Shown: positions 1-11,815 of the stretch, one piece after another | Position numbering within the stretch: position 1 is the first letter of the stretch | Layout of the letters: the number at the start of each line of letters is the position of its first letter | Assembly: GCA_951406725.2 (NCBI GenBank) | Contig: OX597816.1 | Span: forward strand, 55,738,001 to 55,802,000 | Source of the DNA: Octopus vulgaris | Taxonomy: Eukaryota | DNA length: 64,000 nucleotides | Direction: 5' to 3' | Notes under the pieces: generated by a model | The model's input: the letters and a program-made list of their open reading frames with translations, nothing else | Database searches by the model: none | What the model was told of the DNA's origin: nothing | Position numbers and translations under genes: made by a program

Positions 1-1116
1 TTCCTTTTAAACTCATTAACAAGAAGTTTTGTCAAGTGCTGCGTATTCCTCCTGAACGAAGATTAATTATTAATTTTGCATGATGAGTATATCACATCAT
101 ATCAATTCGATGAATTGACACAGCGATATTTAGATGTTGAAGATATTTGTTTGGTATGCACATGTGAATGTAACCACTACTAGAGAATTTTTAAATATTT
201 ATTCATTGTTTTTATTTTTAATATTACATGACCCTTTACTCCATGAGCCTTAATATAAAAGCTGTTGTTTACGAATAGGAAGTCAGAGAGTTGAGCAGAT
301 GAATGTACATCGTTGAGAATGATAGAGAACTTCTAGTACGGACATAACGCACATTTGCAGCAGCTCAAGATATAATTTGTGTTTCTCCCCTTGAACGGTT
401 CCAAATTGAGAAACAAAAAAAAAAAATTAAAAACAACAACATTATATATTGAAAAGTGTGTGCAAATGAAAGATGTGTCTGTTCTTTTATAGTTTAGTCC
501 TGAAATTACAAAAGCTCAAAGGAATATTATAGTAATATACAAACAAAAATATTAATAAAAATCAGAAATAGAGACTATATTTCAACTGTTAAATGGTGAA
601 CTGCAAAAACAAAATATTGTGTATTCAATGTATGAAAAAGTGGTTGTTATTATCGCCAATTCTGCACTCAATGTTACACACTGTATAAGAACGTGATGGT
701 AAAAAGACGGGAAAAAGTCAAAGAAGTTAATTCCCAGGAGTAGATATACGCAGAACTTGTTTAGACCATTAGTAAAATTATGAAAGTATAAACAAGAACA
801 TTTTATGAAGCTGAATTCTTAAATTTCTTTTCAGTATAATTCACGAGGAAAGTGTAATGTTGCACTATGAATATTTACGGTGAAATCATTTCACCAGATC
901 GATAAAAGTCAGGGATCTTTTATATAAATGTTTATCTCATATGGTAGTTAGGTAAACAATTTATTGGGAATTCAGTTCTTCGCTGGCCAATGTTCCATTA
1001 TAAAAGAAATATCTAATCAGATTTTTAATGTTTATTTATTTTATTATGAATAGTAACGTTGATTAGAAATGTTGAGGTTTCTTTGAAACCGGTTCGGTTT
1101 CCACTGCTTTACTTAG

Positions 1117-1199
1117 GCCAGTGCAACTAAGACCTTCGCCAGTGCAACTGAGACCTTCGCCAGTGCAACTAAGACCTTCGCCAGTGCAACTGAGACCTT
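1117..1199. repeat. Minisatellite, 4 x 21 bp (GCCAGTGCAACTRAGACCTTC)
   Basis: Four adjacent copies starting at 1117, 1138, 1159 and 1180; the variable base alternates A/G/A/G. Confidence 0.95.
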
Positions 1200-1490
1200 G
1201 ATTCTATCGTTACAAATATTGTTACTGTATGTAGAACTATTCTATCTCAGTAGAATGGAAAAAGATTTACCATTTTCTTCTCAGTGTTATCAAAGAACAC
1301 GAAATAAGATTCCAAATATGGCATTGGCAAGGGTTAACGAAAGCAACCTGATACATTAATCAATTACTTCCTTACTTATCTTGTTTCTATTAATACACCT
1401 CTCCGGTCTTAAATACGGCCGGAATATGATGATAACTGTTGACAGCTCATATGATAACTATGATAACAAACTAAAACTGTCGATCTGATG

Positions 1491-1546
<56 letters not shown>

Positions 1547-1565
1547 TGTGTGTGTGTGTGTGTGT

Positions 1566-1896
1566 GGAGGCGCAATGGCCCAGTGGTTAGTGGACTCGCG
1601 GTTTCGATCCCAGACCGGGCGTTGTGAGTATTTATTGAGCAAAAACACCTATAGCTCTTCAAGGGTCCGGCGGTGTGGGGTGGCGAACCCAACAGTAATC
1701 TTTCACCACAATTTTCTCTCACTCTTTCTTCGTGTTTCTTAAGGGCCAGCCTTATCACGCTGAATCTCTCCGAGAACTATGTTAATGGTACACGCGTCTG
1801 TGGAGTGCTCAGCCACTTGCACGTTAATTTCCTGAGCAGGCTATTCCGTTGATCGGATCAACTTGAATCCCCGTCGTCATAACCGACGGAGTGCCA

Positions 1897-1898
<2 letters not shown>
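1566..1898 (+). mobile_element. tRNA-derived SINE, family A, tail type 1
   Basis: Head GGAGGCGCAATGGCCCAGTGGTTAG (A box) and GGTTTCGATCCC (B box-like); homologous along its length to 48858-49237; flanked by (GT)n and (TA)n. Confidence 0.85.
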
Positions 1899-1940
<42 letters not shown>

Positions 1941-3020
1941 GTCTGGGGAGAGTCATTCCCTCTTAGTTCCTTATTATTTAACACGCTCACATATGTGTGG
2001 GTGGGGGTTATGTGTGTGTTTTTTGTTTGTTTCTGTTTGTTTGCACATTTTTGTTTTTGCTTGTTTGTACATATATAGCACCCTATAAAATTCTATAATC
2101 CGTTAATCCGTTGATCCCTGTAACAGTACCCTTTCTGTGTTCCAAATATGTGCAAGCAATCCCTTATCGAACCGTACCCAACTGTCTTCAATTCAGGCGT
2201 AAACCTAAATCAAGTGGTTACACAGAAACATTGTCACCGAGTCTTATTCTGTTAGGAAATCATCAATGTGTGATGCGTTCTCGTGTATGAATTCCCTTAC
2301 CTGTGTCATACTTGTAAATATCACATAATGTGGTTCTTCTTTTACAAACCTCCAACTATCTTACATTCACTTCGTGTATCTTTCTTCATAACAGGAGGTT
2401 GTAGTTTCTGGGTGGGGAAACGTTTGGTCAATGCCAAAATAATGAATTCCAAAGTTTACGCTTTTTCTACCACTGCCATTTTCCTTCTCTGTCTAAAACT
2501 AGTGTGTTCATTTCCCTTTCTATAATACTACGTGTATTAATACTAGTTGCAGCGGTCAAGACGTGTCACTCAGGTTAAACGCCTTCCGCTGTGATCCTCT
2601 CAAACAATGAAAATCGTTAATGTCATTAGGATATCAACTATTTTATAACAGTCCTACAGCACCAGCACTTGTACCACAAGGTTTGGAAGACATGTAGCGA
2701 TTTATTTGCAGATGACCTTTCTCATCTCTTTGCTCGTTATTACCATATTAGACCTGTTTTAGTTTCCCAATGATGCATTCTAAAAGCAGTTTAATGGACT
2801 TCCTCCCTGGTGGTTTATTCGTTCATTAAACTTCTAATTAAGAATATTAGGTCTCTAGACACACATTGGGCCATGTGTCTCTAACCACTGAGCGCGTTCT
2901 CAATCATGTGGTAGTGAGTCCGATTCCCGGACCGGGCTGTGCGTTGTGTTCTTGAGCAAGCGACTGCTGGTCTTCCATTGCAATCCCATAGTTATTCATT
3001 ACCTAAGGAGGTCTTTGTGC

Positions 3021-3052
<32 letters not shown>

Positions 3053-4137
3053 CTGTGAAGCTTTCCAATGGAAAAATAGGTGTAAAAATATGACCTTTCG
3101 ATTATGTCTCCTCGTAGAATAGATGGTAATTGTCCGCAGAAGTGGAAAGGGGATATCTCAATTCAAAATCTGTATAATCGATAGAGTGAATTGTTAAATT
3201 AACTCCAATGATAATTTTCCTGAACTAGATATCACTTCTTTAAGTAAAAGTAAATACGATTGTGATAATACATTTAAAGTAACAACTAATTTTAATATTA
3301 ATTATGATAATAATTTTGCATGAACACTCAGGTCTGTGAGGAGGAATTTCGGGAATTCTTTTAACCATGAGTATCAAATACAAGTGAATAAATGCTTGTG
3401 TAATTTCAAAAACAAAATTGCTAGTCCTTTACGGGAAAAGGTAGTGTATCAATCTGAGGTGATTACAAGGAATCATAAGTATCATGGCATAAATTTAATC
3501 TGCTACAGTTTGCAAATCTAGATTCTATAATCATACTCATTCATTGAAGTACAGAAAAAATGGTATTTCTACAAGTCTTAATAAATGCATTTATGATTTA
3601 AATGATAGTTCCATTATTAGTTAGGCACTATTGTACAATATTGGTAATTCTACATGTGATTTTTGCCTTGAGGAAATGCATTATATAATTAATTCTAAAT
3701 TAATGTTATTAAAATGGTAATTTTACAATAAAAATCTCATAACGCATTTAAATATTTCAATTATTAAATATAATTGTTTTTTATATGTTATATAATAATC
3801 ATAGTTTTTTCTAAGAAAGTTTATTGTACTTCATAAAGAGATAACTAATTGTACTGTAAATCTCTATGTTTCTAATTGTTGCAACGTAGAATTCATTTAT
3901 TTATTTTTATTGAAGACTTATCCTCTGGCGTCACAATGACAAATACGAAAATAACTTTTTTGGACTATAATTCTTCATAAAGTTCACTTTGAATTTAACT
4001 AATATTGGATCGCCTTGACAACATTTTGTAGCTTTGTATTTTCGGGATCTAAATATGTTGACACAACAGAAACGATTGTCGGCTCTGTACGCTGAATTCA
4101 GCAATTAAAGTTCTGATTCTCTCTATCTGTTCTTTTG

Positions 4138-4141
<4 letters not shown>
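3053..4141 (+). pseudogene. Decayed Penelope-like element (GIY-YIG endonuclease region)
   Basis: ORF 3336-3521 reads CLCNFKNKIASPLREKVVYQ..KYHGI, a degenerate CNCRxxxxCPL linker plus GIY-YIG. Downstream frames give ..RFYNHTHS and CDFCLEE. Bounded by (TA)n on both sides. Confidence 0.6.
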
Positions 4142-4167
<26 letters not shown>

Positions 4168-4168
<1 letters not shown>

Positions 4169-4476
4169 CACCGTGATCACCGTGACCGGCCAGGCTATCA
4201 GATGTTGCTACATATCGCTGGTCACAATGCGCTTCGCATTGTTTTCTAGCCTTCAAATGACGCCACTCCGCTGGCTAAGCGAGCAGGCCAACAGAAGAAA
4301 GAGTGAGAGAAAGTTGTGGCGAAAGAGTACAGCAGGGATCGCCACCCCCTGCCGGAGCCTCGTGGAGCTGTAGGTGTTTTCGCTCAATAAACACTCACAA
4401 CGCCCGGTCTGGGAATCGAAACCGCGATCCTACGACCGCGATTCCGCTGCCCTAACCACTGGGCCATTGCGCCTCC
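4168..4476 (-). mobile_element. tRNA-derived SINE, family A, tail type 2
   Basis: Reverse complement of the family A head at 4476-4390, with a different 3' half ending ..CACGGTGA(TA)n; matches 54706-54992. Confidence 0.85.
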
Positions 4477-4479
4477 ACA

Positions 4480-4539
<60 letters not shown>

Positions 4540-5930
4540 AATTGTAGTAAACGCACTGAGCTCCAAGTGCCCATACCCCGAGGATGGACTGGTTATATCC
4601 AACAACACTAGAATAAGTTAGGAAATAGCACACCTTCATCGTTAATCAATAATGCCTTAATATCTTAGTCGCTACTAATCTGTCAGCAGTCGAATTTTTC
4701 TCTAGATCTAAACTCTTCCTCTTATAAGCCTTATCATAAGCCCAACAAGAAACTTTCGCACATTCACAATTTTGTCACCCCCACCAAAAACCACAGTGCG
4801 TAAAAGCTGACTGCCAACATTAGCTACATGATATTTAATGTTTTTTTCCTCTAAAGACATTTTTGAGAAGGTAACCCACTATCAATAGTGGCTCTAAAGA
4901 ATTATTTTACAACCCCTCAACGAGTTACAGAAGTAGACATAGAATAATTTGGTTCGTCCCTCCCCTTTTACCTTAAAGTTAAAAACAACATAGATAAAAG
5001 ATACCTGTCTCTTTTAGACATACATATATCCGTAAATCACAGCTACAGAAAAATATTCCACAGGTACTCAGTTAAATTATTTATCAGATATCTGCTGCCC
5101 TAATATCAAGGGCATCATTACACGCAAACACCACCAAGAGACTACTCCTAGTTGCAATTGTCGAAACTCAAGAAACTGCCCACTCAACCACGGGTGCATC
5201 CGACATATATGAGGCAGAATTTACAGCAACAATAGATTAGAAACATAAGAAAAAAGAAGAGCTACATCGGGTTATGTGAACGCGACTCAGAAATCACTTT
5301 ATTAAAGATATATCTCCCTTCCGGCACAGGGACCGACCGAAAGCCATTAAGTTGGTTAGCCATGTAAGGGGGTTGAGGCCTAAAGTCCTACAACATACAA
5401 TCAAGTGGGGATAGTTGAAAATCCTATACCATATGTCATCGGATCAAAAAAACATATGAGCTAATGGTAACTGAACGAGCACAGATCCTTTTCACAACTC
5501 CACTGTACTGTTGAATTGCAGATCTGAAATTTTCAACAGATGTAAACATATAGATACGTTCCTGTTGGCGAATTGGAAAATACGGCCCTCTCCGTATTGA
5601 GCAATTTTAGTGCAATCTCCGGGACCCTATCCATTCAGCCTTATGGCTTTACGGTCAAAGGGGATATAATTAATTTCTCGCCCTTCATTTCTTTGTTGGG
5701 TATTTTCGACCTTCAAACTTTTACATCTATATTTATCGACTTTTTCACCATTCCTCTTATGTTTTAGCTTGTTATGCCATGTGGTCAAATCTTGACGATT
5801 GTATGAGGCACGGGACGTGTTATAAAATGTCAGTAGCTTATAAAATATAGGCTGTTTATTAAATAATATTTATCCCTTACCATATCATACAGAGTGCTTT
5901 GTTATTGAGTTTACATTCACGGAACTGTGT
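4540..5930 (+). pseudogene. Decayed Penelope-like element, 3' part (RT thumb, Cys linker, GIY-YIG endonuclease)
   Basis: Frameshifted translation gives IIWFVPP(F)..KVKNNIDKRYLSLLDIH..HSYRKIFHR (~4945-5070), SCNCRNSRNCPLNHGC (~5150-5200), IYEA..SYIGLCE (~5205-5280) and LLNCRSEIFNRCKH..FLLANW (~5508-5577). These are typical PLE C-terminal motifs. Confidence 0.85.
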
Positions 5931-5932
5931 AC

Positions 5933-5963
<31 letters not shown>

Positions 5964-5965
<2 letters not shown>

Positions 5966-6930
5966 GGATGATGAAATTCCATATAGAATTAGGAAAGAAA
6001 GTGTTGCTTTCGGAAGGCGAGACGTATGCAGAATGACAAAGATAAATGTGTACAAGGCATGTGTGCTCCCTTCTCTTCTCTATGCCTGCGAGACGTGGTT
6101 CACATATCGATACCACCTTAAACAACTGGAACGCTTCCATCAGATGTGCCTCAGACGGATCTATGTCATTAAGTAGGAGAACCGCATCAGTGATCTTGAA
6201 ATATTGGAAGGCTTTCAGTGCGAAAGTATAGCAGCTCTTGTGTTAAAGCAAAGGCTCAGATGGAGTGGTCATCTGGTCAGGATGAAGGATTCAAGGATAC
6301 CAAAACAACTCTTTTATGGAGAGTTAGCTAAAGGAGGACGACCTCCATATAAACCAAAAAAGAGGTATAATGACTTGCTGAAGGCTTCCTTAAGAGATGC
6401 TTGCATCTCTCCTAACACATGGAAGGGCATAGCTATTGATCGTAGCAGGTGGGGAAGGATTGTGCACGAGGGAACAGCTACTTTTGAGAAATCTCGAGTT
6501 GCGCATGAGAAAGTAAGGAGGGATTTCAGTAAGAGCATCGCTGTTACACTTCCAGATGGGACGGGTCTTCCTTTGATGCTGACATGCAGTGTCTGTGCAT
6601 GATCCTGCCTCAGTAAAGCTGGACTCAAGAGTCATCTTCGTAGTCATAAATCGAGACAGATGAGTGACAACCTGGTCACTGGTGGTGGTGTTACACACCA
6701 TACTAATCATATCTGTCAGGCATGTGGAAGAAGTGTAATTCGACAGGAGGACTTAAACGACATGCCCAGTTACAACTACAGCCGGCTATTACCGGTAAAG
6801 GTTTTGTCTGCCAATTCTGTAGAAGACATTGTAGATCTTTAGCTGGGCTAAAAATCACATTCGATCACAGCACCAATTACAGTTAAGCATCGTGCAATGG
6901 CCATACTCGATAACGTGGGGGCAGCCATCT
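5964..6930 (+). mobile_element. RTE-clade LINE, 5'-truncated 3' end
   Basis: KINVYKACVLPSLLYACETW, LERFHQMCLRRI, QRLRWSGHLVRMKDSRIPKQLFYGEL and a C-terminal CxxC..H zinc knuckle; contains in-frame stops. Confidence 0.9.
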
Positions 6931-7797
6931 TCATGTATGTATGTATGTATGTATGTATGTGTGTATGTATGTATGTATGTATGTATGTATATGTGTGTGT
7001 GCGTACATACATAGGCGCACGCAGGCGAGATGTTTCTGATTCAGTAGTATTTGTGTCAGTAGCTAGTGAGTTCCATACTTTGTCGGGAGTGTTCTTGCCA
7101 AAAAGCAAGGAATTACATGTTATTGCTGTTCTAATTGCGACTTGTTTCTTTACACGACTTTCTCGTTTGTTGGAATCTCTAAAATTATTCTCTATTTACA
7201 CAGGACATGATTGAAGCAATTGCTTATAACTTGTGTCTCATATTTTCTCATTTTAAAATCAACAATGTTTCCATTGTATCAAAATTTCACTACTGTTGTA
7301 TCCATCTTCACCTAAAGAATTATCTTTATAAAAAAAGTTGTCTATTTCAATTCAAGTGTTCTGGTAGTATATTATCTTTTCCAGAATGAGTATCACTTCC
7401 TTTCAACGACCAAGAAGAAGGTTTATTATATATTACGTAAGAATATTGTGGGTGTATTTGATATTAGCTTAGAAATAGGAATGAATATGTTCCTTTGAAC
7501 TCAAGGAAACATGGATAAATTATTTCGTATCTTTGGGGAATTCTTTGAAGATGCAAACTGATACTTAGAATAACTGATAGATAGTTTAGCGAAAACGATG
7601 GAACTTTGTCATTCTAAGTATTATCTAGCTGTTCATTTCTATGTGGGTAAATATTCGGATATCATTTACTCCCAGAATTCTGCAGTACAAATACTGCTTT
7701 GAACATTCTCATCGTTCACCATTCATCAGTTTCAAACATTTGTTCACACTCAGAAAACATTTGTTTGAAATCTTCATGTTACATTGCATTGCATTCC

Positions 7798-7835
<38 letters not shown>

Positions 7836-7842
<7 letters not shown>

Positions 7843-8035
7843 ATAACGCGTGGACGTAGTACAAGTACTGTATTATCAGAGGCTCAGGAAAGGAAGGAAA
7901 GAGGATCTAACATTTCGAGAAAAAGCTCTTCTTCAGAAATAGAGGTAAGTCCAAAGGAAGGGAAGACGGAGGAAGAAAATCGCCAACGGTACACACGTGA
8001 TTACATTTTGAACAGGCAAAAACGGTTATCCAATT
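7836..8035 (-). mobile_element. HHR-bearing short element, family 3 (degenerate minimal hammerhead)
   Basis: Minus strand reads CTGAAGA-AGAGC-TTTTT-CTC-GAAATGTTA; inverted homolog of 8055-8275; 3' end abuts (TA)n. Confidence 0.6.
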
Positions 8036-8054
8036 ACATATATATATATATATA

Positions 8055-8275
8055 TGGCGATTTTTTTCCTCTGTCTTCCCTTCTCTGTATCTTTCCTTCT
8101 CCTATGTTTCCGATGAAGAGCTCTGCTCGAAACGTTATGCCCTCCTTCTTTCCTGAGCGTCCAATAATACTATATTTGTTCCACGTCCTCGCGTTGTTGG
8201 GTTTTTTTTTGTGCTTTCTTGTTTGGATTAACTTATATATATATATATGAATTGGATACCTGTTTTTGCCTGTTT
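8055..8275 (+). mobile_element. HHR-bearing short element, family 3 (degenerate minimal hammerhead)
   Basis: CCGATGA-AGAGC-TCT-GCTC-GAAACGTTA at ~8110-8137 with palindromic AACGTT; inverted homolog of 7836-8035. Confidence 0.6.
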
Positions 8276-9259
8276 TATTATGTTATAGGATGCCCGCTTT
8301 GGATTGAAAATGAACGAACACAGCTCAAGGATATGTTTCCTCCCATTTATAACGCCATATCCTTTAGGATTCAGCAATGATCTCTTATCTTCATCGTTCA
8401 TTCATTTCCGCCATTTATGTAATGTTTTTCCGATATTTTTAACCCTTTACTACATATATTTTTCTTTTGTGTGTTTTGTTATCGATCTCATTAACAATTG
8501 AGATATTTTTATCTTATTTTCTATGACACCCTGTATCTTCCTTGGGTTTAGATGATCTTATATCAGCATTCCTGAAGTGGTTTCCTTTGTGACTGCAACT
8601 TTATTGATCAGTTTATTTCTTGTAGTGATATTAATGTTTGCATCTGTCTTCTTTATGCGTTTATGTCTATAATGGCGTAGTTTCCGTTTTGCATTGTTGC
8701 TTCAATTTTGTTGCTAAGTTTCAATTTTGTGGCTTAGAACTTTGTAGCCATGTTTGCTCTTTAACTATTTAGATAAATGTCATTACAACAAAACGAACGG
8801 TTTACATTTCTCATTTAGGCCAGTGATATTTTTTATATTTTATTTTCTCCTTGTCGTTAATGGATATCTTTTTACTAAAAGTTAATTGTGTTCATATTTT
8901 CGTTGATGTAGTTTTGTTAATCGATATTATGTTGGTTTGTTATTTATTTGTTTAGCGACCGTTATCAGTATCGTTGTGATTTATGTACCAATGTCTGAGC
9001 TTCAAATCTTTTGTGTTTTGGTGATTCTAAATTGTTTTCCATTGCCCGTTCATTATGTGTTTTTTTCTAATATAAATTATCTATTAATTTCTACATAAAC
9101 TGTTTTATTCACATTTATTCTACGAAACAAAATGATAGGTTTGAGAGTGTTTAGATCATAATCACTAGCTCTCACAGTATATCCATCCACCAATCTAACT
9201 GTTTCCGTCCACACAGACGCATACACATGAATGTATGTTTGGAAAGTCCGGTGTTGGCA

Positions 9260-10350
9260 CAGATGTCAGATTACATCTTAAATTTTATCAATAGATCAAT
9301 GAAGAACTAGAATACAAAGTTAACGTCAGATGGACAATTTTTGGCGAGGGTTAACATCAAGAGAGGTATATTTCAAAGCGATAGACTATTATCATCGCTG
9401 TTTGTAAGAAGATTTGATACCGCAGCTTTTGTACAAACATCAAAACCAGCAAAAAGTCATATTCTTCTGATTAGAAAGCTTGCAAATTCTCAAGAATCTT
9501 GAATTCGATAAAGAAAGTGAAACCACTGCCACCAAACAAGCGAAACAGATAACAGACTGCAAAAAAGAACGGGTAGAAACAAATTGGAGAGCGGTGGAGA
9601 CAGAAGCCCCTGGATGGACAATATTTTCTTCGAAGGTGAAATTCTCAAGTGGACCAAGCACAAGCCCATTAGTGGCTGAAAATTTCAAGACTGAAGGTTT
9701 ACATTGACAGCACAAAATTAAAGATTGCTTATCAGACACTACCAGGCTAACGTTCTTCAAAACGGTTCTGACCCTAAATGCAGATTCTGCGATACATTTG
9801 AGGAAACAATAGACCATTTCATTTCGGGATGTCTTGTGCTGGTACCAAACGAATACAAAATTTGCCACGATAGCGGTAGAAGTATTTACATTGGAAAATA
9901 TGTAAACACTGAAAAATCAGCACTTCTGTTTACTGGTATGAACATTATCCTGAGCCTGGCGCTGAAGATAAAAATGTCATTATTCTCTGGGACTTTCCAG
10001 TCAACACTGATAAAATGATCCTGGCTAATCGACCAGACATAATTATTAAAGACGGAGAAAAAAATACTTGTAAACTAATAGATGTAAGTATTCCCACTGA
10101 TAAAAATATATATGTCAAAGAATTTAACAAAGTTAGTAAATATAAGGACATGGAAATTGAAATACAAAAGATGTAGCATCTTAAAGCAAGAACTGATCCT
10201 ATTGTAGGTGCCCTAAATATGATTTTAGAAAGAGGGATGTCAGAAACATCTGGATAAGAAACCAGGAGAACTATGTCTCAGAGAAATCCAAAAGATTGTG
10301 CTGACAAGTATTGCCCATATCCTTAGAAAAACCCTGTCAATTTAAATGTT
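9260..10350 (+). mobile_element. R4/Dong-like LINE fragment (restriction-like endonuclease)
   Basis: INI/KRGIFQ.D RT motif near 9350; CRFC..ETIDHFISGC..YKICHD zinc knuckle; NRPDIIIKD..LIDVSIP..KYKD endonuclease; ends ..AHILRKTLS. Confidence 0.85.
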
Positions 10351-10989
10351 TGTGTTGTATCACATGAGGTTATTTCGTTACTGTCTCTGCCACTTCCCCT
10401 CTCCACGCTTTCAGTCATACTGTAACATCTCTTATATTTCACTCTCCCTAAGACGCCGGGTGTGTCTCGGCAATTGATTGTAAGAAGCATGCAGACTAAG
10501 AGTAAATAACAATAATAAATAATGCAACAAAAGTTCAGAGAATGGAATGATTTGATCAGAGAAATCGCAGAAATATGGCATTTGGAGGACGCTACAAAGC
10601 CAATGATTGCAAATGCACTAGGAATCATCAAAAAATAATCTGGACATTAACATCACCGAATGAAGTGCAAACAAAATGTTTTATGTGGTATGTCAGTCAC
10701 ACATTGAAAATCTCATTTTCGTTGCGAGAACGATTACCAAACACGTAACTATCTTTATTTGACTTGTTAATGACCAGTCGGTTGTATTTATTTTAATGGC
10801 CTAAGTCTTTTGCCGATTGTCGGGAAGACACTGGGCAAGAAACGGAAGCAAATTTGGAAGAAGAAAAATTAATAATAATAAGACTATACTAACAGCGCAA
10901 AACTAAGTTTTGGCTACGAATTGTAAGATCAAAATCTGAGGAGATGAGCAAGTGTTCCCACTATGCCACATCTGTAATAGAGTAGACGA

Positions 10990-11610
10990 AACCATTGCCC
11001 ATATCACTAACGAATCCCTAGACTTACCCAAAACCACTACAAGTTGAGGCGACATGAACAGGTACCGAAAGTGCTACATTGGAAACTGCGAAAAATGGGG
11101 CTAGAGAGAGATCAGACCTGGTATGAGGAGAACCCGTAGAGAGTAGCGGAGTCGGAGACTAGCGAAATCACCTGGTATTTCTAAATCCAAACAGATCAGG
11201 TGCCAGAGTATAACAGACCGGACCTGATGGTGGTCGACAAGATGCACCGCATATGCTATATAGTTAATGTTGCATGCCCCTTTGACCCACGAACAGTCAA
11301 AAAGGAAGGCGAAAAAATAGTTAAGTACAACCCTATGAAAAGTACGAAATAGCCCGGCTATGGAAAATGAAGAAGGTGAAGATAGTGCCAATGATTGTTG
11401 GCTCATTGGGAAAGGTATCAGAAAGCATCAAAAGAAATATAAAGGGAATTGGAATAGAACTGTTACAAAATGTTTGCCACCTTAGCACTGCCAGAATAAT
11501 CAGGAAAGTATTAGATAGCTGGAAAGGACAAATAGCATGGCACCGTAGTAAGTCCGCTACGCATGCAAGATTCCAGGCGATCCAACAAAACTTATGATAA
11601 AGAGAAATAA
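10990..11610 (+). mobile_element. R4/Dong-like LINE 3' fragment
   Basis: RPDLMVVDK-like motif near 11220; MKKVKIVPMIVGSLG..LSTARIIRKVL C-terminus. Confidence 0.75.
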
Positions 11611-11629
11611 TACTAATTATAATTTCTAA

Positions 11630-11815
11630 TGTAGGCACAAGGGTTGCAAATTTGAGGTAGTAGGTAAGTAAATCACATCGGCCCTAGTATTTGACTGCTA
11701 ATTAATTTATCGACCCTCAATGGAGGATTGGCGAAGTCAGCTTGAGCAGAATTTGATCTCAGAACTTAAAGACTTACAACATTTTGCTCGGCGTGCTACC
11801 GATTGTGCCAGCGTT
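11630..11815 (-). mobile_element. SINE family B, degenerate copy
   Basis: Contains TTTATCGACCC..GAATTTGATCTCAGAAC..GGCGTGCTA, homologous to 39130-39350. Confidence 0.65.

Noticed and set aside
1117-1199. CRISPR-like short repeats
   Set aside because: No unique spacers, no cas genes, and a eukaryotic context.
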